In this document: piece by piece, positions 10,039 to 20,998 of the stretch
Layout: every line of letters begins with the position of its first letter
How positions within the stretch are numbered: position 1 is the stretch's first letter
Assembly: GCA_963709585.1 (NCBI GenBank)
Contig: CAVPXI010000021.1
Coordinates: 1 to 64,000 of the forward strand
Reading direction: 5' to 3'
DNA: 64,000 bases
DNA from: Candidatus Dormiibacterota bacterium
Lineage (GTDB): Bacteria > Chloroflexota > Dormibacteria > Aeolococcales > Aeolococcaceae
Translations under genes and position numbers: made by a program
Notes under the pieces: model-generated
Databases searched by the model: none
What the model was told of the DNA's origin: nothing
The model's input: only the letters and a program-made list of their open reading frames with translations

Positions 10039-10845
10039 GTGGCGGATGACGCGACCATGCAGGATGCGATTCGGTGGATGTGGTCCCTCGGCGACTACGG
10101 CGCGCTCGCCGTGCACCTGGAGCCGCACGCAATCGAGCTCGCCCAGCGAAGCCGCCTGCAGGCCGGGTCGGAGGTGCTCGACGTCGCCGCCGGCAACGGC
10201 AATTTCGCGATAGCCGCAGCCCGTCTAGGGGCGACCGTGGTCGCCACCGATCTCACCCCCACCATGGTTGACCTGGGGCGGTCCCGGAGCGGGGCCCTCG
10301 GCCTGGCGATCGAGTGGCGCGAGGCCGACGCGGAGCAGCTTCCGTTCCCCGACGAGCGCTTTGATGTGGTGGCGTCCGTCTTCGGGGCGATGTTCGCCCC
10401 GCACCCCGACCGGGTTGCGAGCGAGCTGTTCCGGGTCGCCAAACGAGGCGGCCTGGTCGCCATGGCCAACTACGGGCCGAAGGGGTTCCTCGGGCGGTTC
10501 ACGGCAATGCTGGCCGAACGGGGTCCGGCGCCACCGCCCGGGATGCAGTCGCCATTCGAGTGGGGAGTCACCGACGAGGTGCACCGGCGTTTCAAGGGGC
10601 TCACCTCGTCCATCGAGATCTATCCACAGGCGCTGACCTTCGAGTTCGAGTCACTCGACGCAGGCTGGGAGTTCTGGGAGCGCGCGAACCCGCCGATGAG
10701 GGCGATGTTGAGCACGCTCGACGCCGCGCAGGCTGCAACGCTCCGTGAGGACGGCAAGAAGCTGATGGCCGAGCTCAACCAAGTCTCCGGCGGCGGCCTC
10801 ACGCTCGAGTCAGACTACCTCCAGGTGCTCGCCCGGAAAGCCTGA
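10039..10845 (+). CDS. Class I SAM-dependent methyltransferase
   Basis: 'VLDVAAGNG', 'ADAEQLPF', 'FDVVASVFG'; AGGAGG before GTG 10039. Confidence 0.9.
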   Translation: MADDATMQDAIRWMWSLGDYGALAVHLEPHAIELAQRSRLQAGSEVLDVAAGNGNFAIAAARLGATVVATDLTPTMVDLGRSRSGALGLAIEWREADAEQLPFPDERFDVVASVFGAMFAPHPDRVASELFRVAKRGGLVAMANYGPKGFLGRFTAMLAERGPAPPPGMQSPFEWGVTDEVHRRFKGLTSSIEIYPQALTFEFESLDAGWEFWERANPPMRAMLSTLDAAQAATLREDGKKLMAELNQVSGGGLTLESDYLQVLARKA

Positions 10846-12405
10846 CCGGTCGCGGGTCGCGACGATGGCGTACTCGAAGGCGTCGGCGAGCGCGCTCCAC
10901 GAGGCCTCGATGATGTTGGTGCTGCAACCGACCGTGCTCCAGCGGCGATGATGGTCGCCGCTTTCGACGAGGACCCGGACGCCGGCCGCGGTGCCGTCGC
11001 GCCCGTCCAGAACGCGCACCTTGTAGTCGAACAACTGGGTCGCGCCGATCTCGGGATAGGTCGGGGCGAGCGCCTTGCGCAGTGCCGCGTCGAGCGCGTT
11101 CACCGGTCCGTTGCCCTCGGCCGCGGTGTGCACCACGGCTTCACCGATCTGCACCTTGATGGTGGCTTCGCACACCAGCGAGCGCCCTTCGCGTTGCTCG
11201 ACCAGCGCGATGTAATCGATCAGCGTGAACGGTGCCGGATTGCCACGCGCGCGATGGACGAGCAGCTCGAACGACGCCTCCGCGCCCTCGAACGAATGGC
11301 CGCTGAACTCCAGCTGCTTGACCTCGTCGGCGACGCGCCGCGCGAGCGCGCGATCCTGGGTCAGGTCGACGCCAAACGCCGCCGCCTTTTCGAGCACCGT
11401 GCCCCGCCCCGATTGCTGCGTGATCACCGAGTGCCGCTCGTTGCCGACCCGAGCCGGGTCGATGTGCTGATATGCGTATGAGGCCTTGCTCATCGCGTCG
11501 ATGTGCTGGCCGCCCTTGTGCGTGAAGGCCGCCTGGCCGATGTAGGGCGCCGAGAGCGGAGGCGCGATGTTGGCGATCTCCGCAACATCGCGGGCCACCT
11601 CGGTGAGCCGCGCCAGCTGCTCGTCGTCGATGACCTGCAGGCCCATCTTGAGCTGCAGGTTGGGGATCAGCGTGCAGAGGTTCGCGTTGCCGGTGCGTTC
11701 ACCGTACCCGTTGATGCAGCCCTGCACCTGAACGGCGCCCGCCCGGACCGCGGCGAGGGTAGCGGCCACGGCGCATCCGGAGTCGTCGTGACAGTGGATC
11801 CCGGCGATGCCGCCGAACCGAGCCGTGATCTCGCGGACCAGCAACTCCACACGATCGGGGAGCGTCCCGCCGTTGGTGTCGCACAGTGTGATCCGCTCGG
11901 CGCCCGCGCTCACGGCGGCGTCGAGACAGCGCAGCGCGTAACCGGCATCGCTGCTGTATCCGTCGAAGAAGTGTTCGGCGTCGTAGACCACGCGGCGGCC
12001 GTGGTCGACGAACCAGCGCACCGAGTCGGCGATCATGGTGAGGTTCTCGTCGGTGCTGGTTCGCAGCACGTCGACGACCTGCCGGTCCCATGCCTTGCCG
12101 ACGAGGGTGATGATCGGCGCCATCGAATCGAGGAGGGTGCGCAGCTGCAGGTCGTCCTGCGCCCTCATTCCGGGCCGTCGAGTTGCGCCGAATGCGGCCA
12201 GGGTCGAGTTGTGGAGCGGGTGATGCTGCATCGCCGCGAAGAACTCGGTGTCGGTCGGATTCGCGCCCGGCCACCCGCCCTCGATGACGGTCACCCCGAG
12301 CGTGTCGAGGTGGTCGGCGATGCGCAGCTTGTCGGACACGGAGAAATTGATGCCAACGCCCTGCGCGCCGTCGCGCAGTGTCGTGTCGTAGATCTCGACG
12401 CTCAC
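10810..12405 (-). CDS. cimA: Citramalate synthase
   Basis: 'YDTTLRDGAQ', 'IEGGWPG', 'YDAEHFFDG', 'AFTHKGG', 'NIIEASW'. Confidence 0.92.
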   Translation of the reverse strand: MSVEIYDTTLRDGAQGVGINFSVSDKLRIADHLDTLGVTVIEGGWPGANPTDTEFFAAMQHHPLHNSTLAAFGATRRPGMRAQDDLQLRTLLDSMAPIITLVGKAWDRQVVDVLRTSTDENLTMIADSVRWFVDHGRRVVYDAEHFFDGYSSDAGYALRCLDAAVSAGAERITLCDTNGGTLPDRVELLVREITARFGGIAGIHCHDDSGCAVAATLAAVRAGAVQVQGCINGYGERTGNANLCTLIPNLQLKMGLQVIDDEQLARLTEVARDVAEIANIAPPLSAPYIGQAAFTHKGGQHIDAMSKASYAYQHIDPARVGNERHSVITQQSGRGTVLEKAAAFGVDLTQDRALARRVADEVKQLEFSGHSFEGAEASFELLVHRARGNPAPFTLIDYIALVEQREGRSLVCEATIKVQIGEAVVHTAAEGNGPVNALDAALRKALAPTYPEIGATQLFDYKVRVLDGRDGTAAGVRVLVESGDHHRRWSTVGCSTNIIEASWSALADAFEYAIVATRDRSGFPGEHLEVV

Positions 12406-13496
12406 GACGCCACACCGCTGCGCGCACCGAGATGTCGCAGCGCCTCGCGCGCGACCGCGTCGGCGACGTCATCCGTGCCCGCCACACCACCCAGATCGGC
12501 GGTGAGCACGTCCTCGGCGATGCAGACATCGACCGCGGACTCGATCGCCGCGGCGAGATCGTCGCGGTGCAGCGAATGCCGGAGTAGCATCGCGACCGAG
12601 AGGATGGTGCCGTAGGGGTTGGCGATGCCACGCCCGGCGAGGCTCGGCGCGCTCCCGTGAATCGGCTCGTACAGTCCCTGGTCGGACGCGCCGAGGCTCG
12701 CCGATGGCAGCAGACCGAGCGAGCCGGCGAGCACCGCCGCCTCGTCGCTCAGGATGTCGCCAAAAAGGTTCTCGGCGACCACGACGTCGACGGTCGCAGG
12801 TTCGCGCACCAGACGCATCGCGAACGAGTCGACGAGCTCGTGGGTGAGCGTGACATCGGGGTATTCCGCGGCGAGCGCGCTCACCACCTCTCGCCAGAGC
12901 TGGCTCGTGATCAGCACGTTCGCCTTGTCGATGGAGACGAGCTCTCCGCGTCGCGACTGCGCGAGCCTGAAGGCGACGCGCGCAACCCGCTCGATCTCGG
13001 CCGCGCTGTAGACGATGCTGTCGCGGGCGATCTCGTCTGGCCCCGTGCCGGTCCGGCCGCGCGGCTGCCCGAAGTACGCGCCCCCGGTGAGCTCGCGCAC
13101 GATCACCAGGTCTGTCCCGCGGATGACCTCGGGGCGCAGCGTGGTCCGATCCGTGAGATGCGGATGGACTTTGACGGGACGGACGTTGGCGAAGACGTCC
13201 ATCTCGCGGCGCAAGCGCAGCAGCCCGGCTTCGCAGCGGCGCTCGCCGCGCAGGTGATCCCATGCCGGGCCGCCGACGGCGCCGAGCAGGACCGCGTCGG
13301 CGGCCATGCACGCGTCGAGCGTCTCGTCGGGCAGCGGCGTGCCGAGCTCGTCGATCGCACGCCCGCCGATGAGGTGCACATCGATGCTCACCGGCGCGTC
13401 GGAAGCGTCGCAGACGGTGGCGAGCACGCTCAGCGCGGCGTTCACGACCTCGGGTCCGACCCCGTCACCGGGAAGGACGACGATGTTCGCCTTCAC
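12402..13496 (-). CDS. leuB: 3-isopropylmalate dehydrogenase
   Basis: 'PGDGVGPEV', 'VRELTGG', 'NLFGDILSDE', 'EPIHGSAP'. Confidence 0.96.
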   Translation of the reverse strand: MKANIVVLPGDGVGPEVVNAALSVLATVCDASDAPVSIDVHLIGGRAIDELGTPLPDETLDACMAADAVLLGAVGGPAWDHLRGERRCEAGLLRLRREMDVFANVRPVKVHPHLTDRTTLRPEVIRGTDLVIVRELTGGAYFGQPRGRTGTGPDEIARDSIVYSAAEIERVARVAFRLAQSRRGELVSIDKANVLITSQLWREVVSALAAEYPDVTLTHELVDSFAMRLVREPATVDVVVAENLFGDILSDEAAVLAGSLGLLPSASLGASDQGLYEPIHGSAPSLAGRGIANPYGTILSVAMLLRHSLHRDDLAAAIESAVDVCIAEDVLTADLGGVAGTDDVADAVAREALRHLGARSGVAS

Positions 13497-14117
13497 GAGC
13501 CCGCCCCGGCGCGCGCGAGGTCCGGCATCCACGCCGGCCGGCGTGCCTCGAACGCCGTGATCTCGAGCTTCATGCGCGAGCGTCAGCCCGATGTCGTCGA
13601 GGCCCTCGAGCAGACGGCGGCGCTCGAAAGCGTCGATGGTGAATGCGAAACGCAGGTCCCCGCAGGTCACGGTCTGTGCCTCGAGGTCGACGGCGACGGT
13701 GATCCCGGGTTGCTCCGCAGCAAGGTCGAGCAAGGCTCGTACCTCGTGCTCGGGCAGCGCCACCGGGAGCAGTCCGCTCCCGAGTGCGTTGGCTCTGAAG
13801 ATATCGGCGAACGACTCGGCGACGATGGCGCGGATCCCGTAGTCGGACAGCGCCCAGACCGCGTGCTCCCGCGAGGAGCCGCAGCCGAAGTTGCGTCCCG
13901 CAACCATCACGGTGCCCGGTGAATACGCCTCTTGGTTGAAGACGAAATCCGTTCGCGATGCGCCCGATGCGTCCCGGCGCCAGTCGTTGAACAGGAACTC
14001 GCCGTATCCGGTTCGCTCGATGCGCTTGAGGAATTGCTTGGGAATGATCTGGTCGGTATCGACGTCGGAGCGGTCGAGCGGGATGAGGACGCCGTCCTCG
14101 CGGTGAAACGGCCTCAT
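13493..14117 (-). CDS. leuD: 3-isopropylmalate dehydratase small subunit (+1 frameshift near 13567)
   Basis: '[13 protein letters not shown]', '[11 protein letters not shown]', 'GLDDIGLTL'; corrected stop overlaps leuB GTG. Confidence 0.95.
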
Positions 14118-15531
14118 GCGCGAGCCACCGGAACCGCCAAGCGCCGGACGTCGACGAATCGGCCCTCGACCGCGGCGGCGGCCGCCATCGCCGGCGAGAC
14201 CAGATGCGTCCGTCCGCCGCGTCCTTGACGGCCTTCGAAGTTTCGGTTGCTCGTGCTCGCACACCGCTCACCGGGTTGGAGGATGTCGGGGTTCATTCCG
14301 AGGCACATCGAGCACCCCGGGTTGCGCCACTCCGCGCCGGCGCTGGTGAAGATCGCGTCGAGCCCCTCGGCTTCCGCCTGCACCTTCACCTGCGCGGATC
14401 CCGGCACCACCAGGACGCGGAGACCGTCGTGGACGTGGCGGCCGTCGAACATCGCCGCGGCTGCGCGCAGGTCCTCGATGCGACCGTTGGTGCACGAGCC
14501 GATGAAGACCGTGTCCAGCTTGATGTCCTCGATCGCGGTGCCCGGCTCGAGCCCCATGTAGGCGAGGGCGCGCACCGCCGACTCGCGCTCGGCGGCATCC
14601 TCGAAGGTCGCCGGGTCGGGGACCCGTCCGGTGACCGCCACCGATTGCGCCGGCGTGGTCCCCCACGTCACGGTGGGCTCCAGCGTCGCCGCGTCGATGT
14701 TGACCACGCGGTCGTAGGCGGCGCCGTCATCGCTGCGCAGCTCGCTCCACGCCGCGACCGCCTCGTCCCAGACGGCACCGTCGGGCGCGTACGGGCGGCG
14801 CTTGATGTACGCGAAGGTGGTGGAGTCCGGGGCGATCATGCCGGCGCGTCCCCCGGCTTCGATGGTGAGGTTGCAGAGCGTCATCCGCTGCTCCATCGAG
14901 AAGCCGCGGACCACCGAGCCGGTGTACTCGACGACGTGGCCGGCGGCGCCCGCGGTGCCGATGGCGTTGAGCACTCCGAGCGCCGCATCCTTCGCCGTGA
15001 CACCGAGCGGCAACGTGCCCTCGATGCGTACCTCCATGGTCATCGGGCGTGACTGGCGCAGGCACTGGGTCGCCAGCACGTGTTCGACCTCGGACGTTCC
15101 GATCCCGAGCGCGAACGCCCCGAAGGCCCCATGCGTTGCGGTGTGGGAGTCGCCGCAGACGACCGTGATCCCCGGAAGCGTCAGGCCCAGCTCCGGCCCG
15201 ATCACGTGGACGATGCCCTGCCAGCGATGTCCCGCACCGAAGCACGAGATCCCGTACTCGTCGCAGTTGGTGCGCAGCGCATCCATCTGCGCCACGCTCA
15301 TCGCGTCGGCGCCACTCACCCCATTGCCGTCGGTGGGTACGTTGTGGTCCATCGTGGCAACAACCAGTGACGGGCGGCGCACGCCCCGGCCCTCGAGGCG
15401 AAGGCTCTCGAACGCCTGCGGGGAGGTCACCTCGTGGACGAGGTGGAGGTCGACATACAGCAGGGACGGCTCGCCGGGCTCTTCGACGACGACGTGTGCC
15501 TCCCAGATCTTGTCGAAGAGCGTTCGCGGGG

Positions 15532-15535
<4 letters not shown>
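14114..15535 (-). CDS. leuC: 3-isopropylmalate dehydratase large subunit
   Basis: 'HEVTSPQAF', '[11 protein letters not shown]', 'FIGSCTN', 'GCSMCL', '[12 protein letters not shown]'. Confidence 0.97.
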
Positions 15536-17111
<1,576 letters not shown>

Positions 17112-17115
<4 letters not shown>

Positions 17116-18168
17116 ACCGTCGCTCCCTCGCGATCGGGCTCGGCCAGCACCTTCTCCATGCCCGGGGCGGTCTTGGAATCGAGCCAGCCCATCTTCGAGC
17201 GCAGCTCGGCGCCGACGCGCTCGATGGGCAGGTGCTGCTCCTCGTCCCGGTACTCGACGAAGTTCGGACGTCCGGCCTCGCTCTCCTCGATCCACCGCTT
17301 CGCGAATGTCCCGTCCTGGATGTCGCTGAGCAGCTTGCGCATGGTCTCGCGGGTCCGCTGGTCGACAACCTTGGGCCCGCTCACGTAGTCGCCGAATTCG
17401 GCGGTGTCGCTCACCGAGTAGCGCATCCACGACAGACCGCCCTGGTACATGAGGTCGACGATGAGCTTGAGCTCGTGCATCACCTCGAAGTACGCGAGCT
17501 CGGGCTGGTATCCCGCCTCGGTGAGCGTGTCGAATCCGGCTTTCACCAGGGACGTGATGCCGCCGCACAGCACCGCCTGCTCGCCAAAGAGATCGGTCTC
17601 GGTTTCCTCTGCGAAGGTCGTCTCGAGCACCCCGGCCCGGGTGCCGCCGATGCCGCGCGCGTACGCCAGGGTGCGCTCCCTGGCGAGACCGGTTGCGTTC
17701 TGGTGCACGGCGAACAGGCAGGGAACGCCCTGGCCCGCGACGAACGTGCTGCGCACCAGGTGGCCCGGCCCCTTGGGGGCAACCATGCTGACATCGACGC
17801 CGGTCGGCGGATCGATCAGCGCGTAGCGGATGTTGAAACCGTGGGCGAACATCAGCATCGTGCCCGCGCGCAGATGCGGCGCGATGGCCTCGTCGTAGAG
17901 CGCTCGCTGGCCGGTGTCAGGTGTCAGCACCATGATCACATCGGCTTCGGCGCACGCATCCGCCGGAGTCAGCACACGCAGGCCCTCGGCTTCCGCGGCA
18001 GCCCGGCTGCGGCTCGATTCGGGGAGCCCGACGCGCACGTCGTGCCCCGAGTCGCGCAGGTTGAGTGCGTGGGCGTGGCCCTGCGAGCCGTAGCCGAGCA
18101 CGGCGATGCGGCGTCCGGACAGCGCCTGTGGATCGGCGTCTGAAGTTGTAGTACATCCGAGCGGTCAT
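17112..18168 (-). CDS. ilvC: Ketol-acid reductoisomerase (+1 frameshift near 18144)
   Basis: '[13 protein letters not shown]', '[10 protein letters not shown]', 'SDTAEFG'; N-terminus MTARMYY lies in the adjacent frame. Confidence 0.96.
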
Positions 18169-18193
18169 TGATCGCTGCCTCCTCTGCGCGTGC

Positions 18194-18778
18194 TCACACG
18201 GTGCCGGTGGTGTCGCCGGCCACGCCCTGCAGGCGCGACGGCTCTGTCTGCGGCTCGTCGCCGTCGATCGTGAAGTCCATGAGACGGATCCGCGCCTGGT
18301 CGCCGCGGACGAGCGCCACGACGCCGCTGCGGGCCAGCTCCTTGATGCCGTAGGGCCGCATCAGCTCGATGAAGTTGTCGATCTTCTCGGCGCTCCCGGT
18401 CACCTCGATGATCACCGAGCTGGGGGCCACGTCGACGATCCGCCCCCTGAAGATGTCGACCAGATTCAACAGCTCGGTTCGTTCACCCGGCGGTGCGTGC
18501 ATCCGGACGAGCACCAGCTCGTGCGCGACGTTGCGGAGTCCGGTGATGTCGTCGATGGTGATCACGTCGATGAGCTTGGCAAGCTGTTTGGTGGCCTGCT
18601 CCGCCTGCTGACGCCCCACGTGCACGGTGATGGTCATTCGCGAGATGGTGTCGTCGTCGGTCGGCCCCACCGACAGCGAGTCGATGTTGAAGCCGCGCCG
18701 CCGGATCATCGAGGCGACACGCTGCAGGACGCCGGGCTTGTTGTCCACAAGCACGGACAGCAGCCGGCTCTGGGTCAT
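18194..18778 (-). CDS. ilvN: Acetolactate synthase small (regulatory) subunit
   Basis: ACT domain 'NKPGVLQRV...RRGFNIDSL', 'KLIDV', 'GIKELARSG'. Confidence 0.95.
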   Translation of the reverse strand: MTQSRLLSVLVDNKPGVLQRVASMIRRRGFNIDSLSVGPTDDDTISRMTITVHVGRQQAEQATKQLAKLIDVITIDDITGLRNVAHELVLVRMHAPPGERTELLNLVDIFRGRIVDVAPSSVIIEVTGSAEKIDNFIELMRPYGIKELARSGVVALVRGDQARIRLMDFTIDGDEPQTEPSRLQGVAGDTTGTV

Positions 18779-20541
18779 CAGCTCGCCTCGACGAAATCGA
18801 GCATGCCCATGCCGAGGGGCACGATGGGATAGACATTGGCATTCGGGTCGATGTTGAAGTTCAGCAGCACCGGTCCCTTGTGCGCCACCGCCTCGTCGAG
18901 CAGCCGTCCGACATCCTCGAGGCGGTCGGTGGACATCGCCTTCATGCCGAAGGCGTCACCGAGCTTGACGAAGTCGGGGGTGAAGGTCAGGTCGACCGCC
19001 GAACGGACGCCGTCATAGAAGTCGTCCTGGAACTGACGGACCATGCCGAGCGAGGAGTTGTTGAGGATGATGACATTGACGTCGATGTTGTTCTCCACCA
19101 TCGTCGCCATCTCCTGCATGTTCATGACGAAGCCGCCTTCGCCGGTGACGCAGAACACGGTCTTGTGCGGGTTGGCGAGCTTCGCACCCATCGACGCGGG
19201 AAATGCGTAGCCCATGGTTCCGGTCCCACCCGAGTTGAGGAAGAGACCCGGCTTGCTGTAGTTGAACCAGAGCGCTGCCCAGATCTGGTTCTGGCCGACG
19301 TCGGCGAGCACGATCGCCTCGTCATCGCAACGCGCGTACATCTCTTCGAGCACCTGCTGCGGCTGGAGCAGCCCGCTGTGATTCGTGAAGCGCACCGGGT
19401 GCTCTTCCTTCCACTGGTCGATCTGGGTCAACCACTGATGCTCACGCTTGGGCTCGACGAGCAGGTTGAGCTCGCGGAGCGCCACCTTGGCGTCGGCGAT
19501 AACGCTCACGTGCGGGACGACGTTCTTGCCGATCTCGGCCGGGTCGATGTCGATGTGCACGAGGTGCTCGACGCGGGGAGCGAACGAGTCGAGGCGGGTG
19601 GTCACCCGGTCGTCGCAGCGCATCCCGATCATGATCAGCACGTCGGCGTTGCAGACCGCCTTGTTGGTGAATCCCGCGCCCATGAACCCGACCATCTGCA
19701 GGGCCATCGGGTCGGTCACCGGAAATGCGCCGGTGCCGAGCAGCGTCCAGCCCACCGGGATGTGCGCCTGGTGAGCGAGCTCGGCGAGCTCGTCTTCAGC
19801 GCGAGCGATGAGCACACCGCGACCCGCCAGGATCACCGGCCGCTTCGCGCCCTTGATGAGCTCGGCGATCTGGCGAAGCTTGGCGGGGTCGGGTCGAGGC
19901 GGCGCCGGGTAGGAGCGCCGCCGCACCGGGCCCTCCGGGTAGTTGAACGCAGTCTTCGCGGCCTGTAGGTCCTTCGGAAAGTCGATCAGCACCGGGCCCG
20001 GGCGTCCGGTCCGGGCGATATGGAACGCCTCCTTGATCGTGGGCGCGATGTCCTCGACCCGCGTGATCAGGTACGAGTGCTTCACCACCGACATGGTCGA
20101 GCCGATGACGTCGGACTCCTGGAAGCTGTCCGTCCCGATCGCCGTCGAGGGCACCTGGCCGGTGATCGCGACCACTGGGACCGAGTCCATGTACGCGGTG
20201 GCGAGCCCGGTCACGAGGTTCAGCGCTCCCGGGCCGCTGGTCGCGAAGACGACCCCGACCGACCCGCGCTTGCTGCGCGCGTAGCCGTCGGCGGCGTGCG
20301 CGCCTCCCTGCTCGTGACGCACCAGGATGTGGTGGAGCTTTGGATACTCCGGGAGGTAGCGATAGAGCCAGAGATTGGCGCCGCCGGGATACCCGAAAAT
20401 TGTGTCGACACCCTCGCGGATGAGCGATTCGAGGGCGATCTGCGCGCCGGTGAGCATCCGAGCCGGCTCCGCCGAGCCGTCGGGGCTTGCTGCTGTCGTC
20501 GCAGCCGCGCTCGAGCGTTGATCCGTTCGGGCGGTGATCAC
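18778..20541 (-). CDS. ilvB: Acetolactate synthase large subunit
   Basis: 'IFGYPGGA', 'RHEQGG', 'TSGPG', 'LGMVRQFQ'; GTG 20541 overlaps the upstream small-ORF stop. Confidence 0.95.
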   Translation of the reverse strand: MITARTDQRSSAAATTAASPDGSAEPARMLTGAQIALESLIREGVDTIFGYPGGANLWLYRYLPEYPKLHHILVRHEQGGAHAADGYARSKRGSVGVVFATSGPGALNLVTGLATAYMDSVPVVAITGQVPSTAIGTDSFQESDVIGSTMSVVKHSYLITRVEDIAPTIKEAFHIARTGRPGPVLIDFPKDLQAAKTAFNYPEGPVRRRSYPAPPRPDPAKLRQIAELIKGAKRPVILAGRGVLIARAEDELAELAHQAHIPVGWTLLGTGAFPVTDPMALQMVGFMGAGFTNKAVCNADVLIMIGMRCDDRVTTRLDSFAPRVEHLVHIDIDPAEIGKNVVPHVSVIADAKVALRELNLLVEPKREHQWLTQIDQWKEEHPVRFTNHSGLLQPQQVLEEMYARCDDEAIVLADVGQNQIWAALWFNYSKPGLFLNSGGTGTMGYAFPASMGAKLANPHKTVFCVTGEGGFVMNMQEMATMVENNIDVNVIILNNSSLGMVRQFQDDFYDGVRSAVDLTFTPDFVKLGDAFGMKAMSTDRLEDVGRLLDEAVAHKGPVLLNFNIDPNANVYPIVPLGMGMLDFVEAS

Positions 20542-20735
20542 TGGTAGTAGCGATTGAGTGATCGGCGCACGAACTCCTCGCTCTCGTCGTGCCGCGGAGT
20601 GCCGGGAGCGTGACGATCCGCGCGCGCGGCGTCGAGGCGTTCGGCCTGGGTGGCGTCGTCGTGGGTGCTTGCGTCCCAGCGAGTTGGTGTGCCCATGCCG
20701 TCGTACGGGGCGGGTGCCTTTCCGGGGCCGGCCAT
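20538..20735 (-). CDS. 65-aa hypothetical protein, first cistron after the attenuator
   Basis: GGAGG 7 nt upstream of ATG; TGA overlaps ilvB GTG (GTGA). Confidence 0.6.
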   Translation of the reverse strand: MAGPGKAPAPYDGMGTPTRWDASTHDDATQAERLDAARADRHAPGTPRHDESEEFVRRSLNRYYQ

Positions 20736-20767
20736 GTCTGATCCTCCAGTCGCGTTGTGCCGGGTAC

Positions 20768-20800
20768 AAAAAAAGGCCCCCTCCTGGGAGGGGGCCTTTT
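20768..20800 (-). terminator. Intrinsic terminator of the ilv-leu attenuator
   Basis: Minus strand AAAAGGCCCCCTCC-CA-GGAGGGGGCC-TTTTTTT. Confidence 0.92.
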
Positions 20801-20826
20801 GCTTGATTCCGGCTTGGGTCTTGTGC

Positions 20827-20919
20827 CTACCTGCGCACGCGACTGGCCTGAAGCATGAAAGCCCCGCTCCTAATCAGGAGCAGGCCTACCAGCAGGACCA
20901 GCGCGAAGCCGTAAGACAT
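20827..20919 (-). CDS. ilv-leu attenuation leader peptide (30 aa)
   Basis: MSYGFALVLLVGLLLIRSGAFMLQASRVRR*; 9 Leu/Val/Ile in codons 7-16; directly upstream of the terminator. Confidence 0.88.
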   Translation of the reverse strand: MSYGFALVLLVGLLLIRSGAFMLQASRVRR

Positions 20920-20929
20920 CTCGGCGAGA

Positions 20930-20959
20930 AGAGTACGGCCTCGGCGTCCGTCCAGTCAA
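20930..20959 (-). promoter_or_regulatory. Sigma70-type promoter of the ilv-leu leader
   Basis: TTGACT-18 nt-TACTCT on the minus strand, 10 nt before the leader ATG. Confidence 0.7.
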
Positions 20960-20998
20960 TACACGGACCTGTGACGGTTGCACCGTATGCTTCCGCGC

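Noticed and set aside
12402-14264. LeuD-LeuB fusion (620 aa)
   Set aside because: One extra base near 13567; corrected leuD ends with a GTGA overlap on leuB
20740-20930. T-box riboswitch upstream of ilvB
   Set aside because: No T-box motif before the terminator; the leader peptide explains the region
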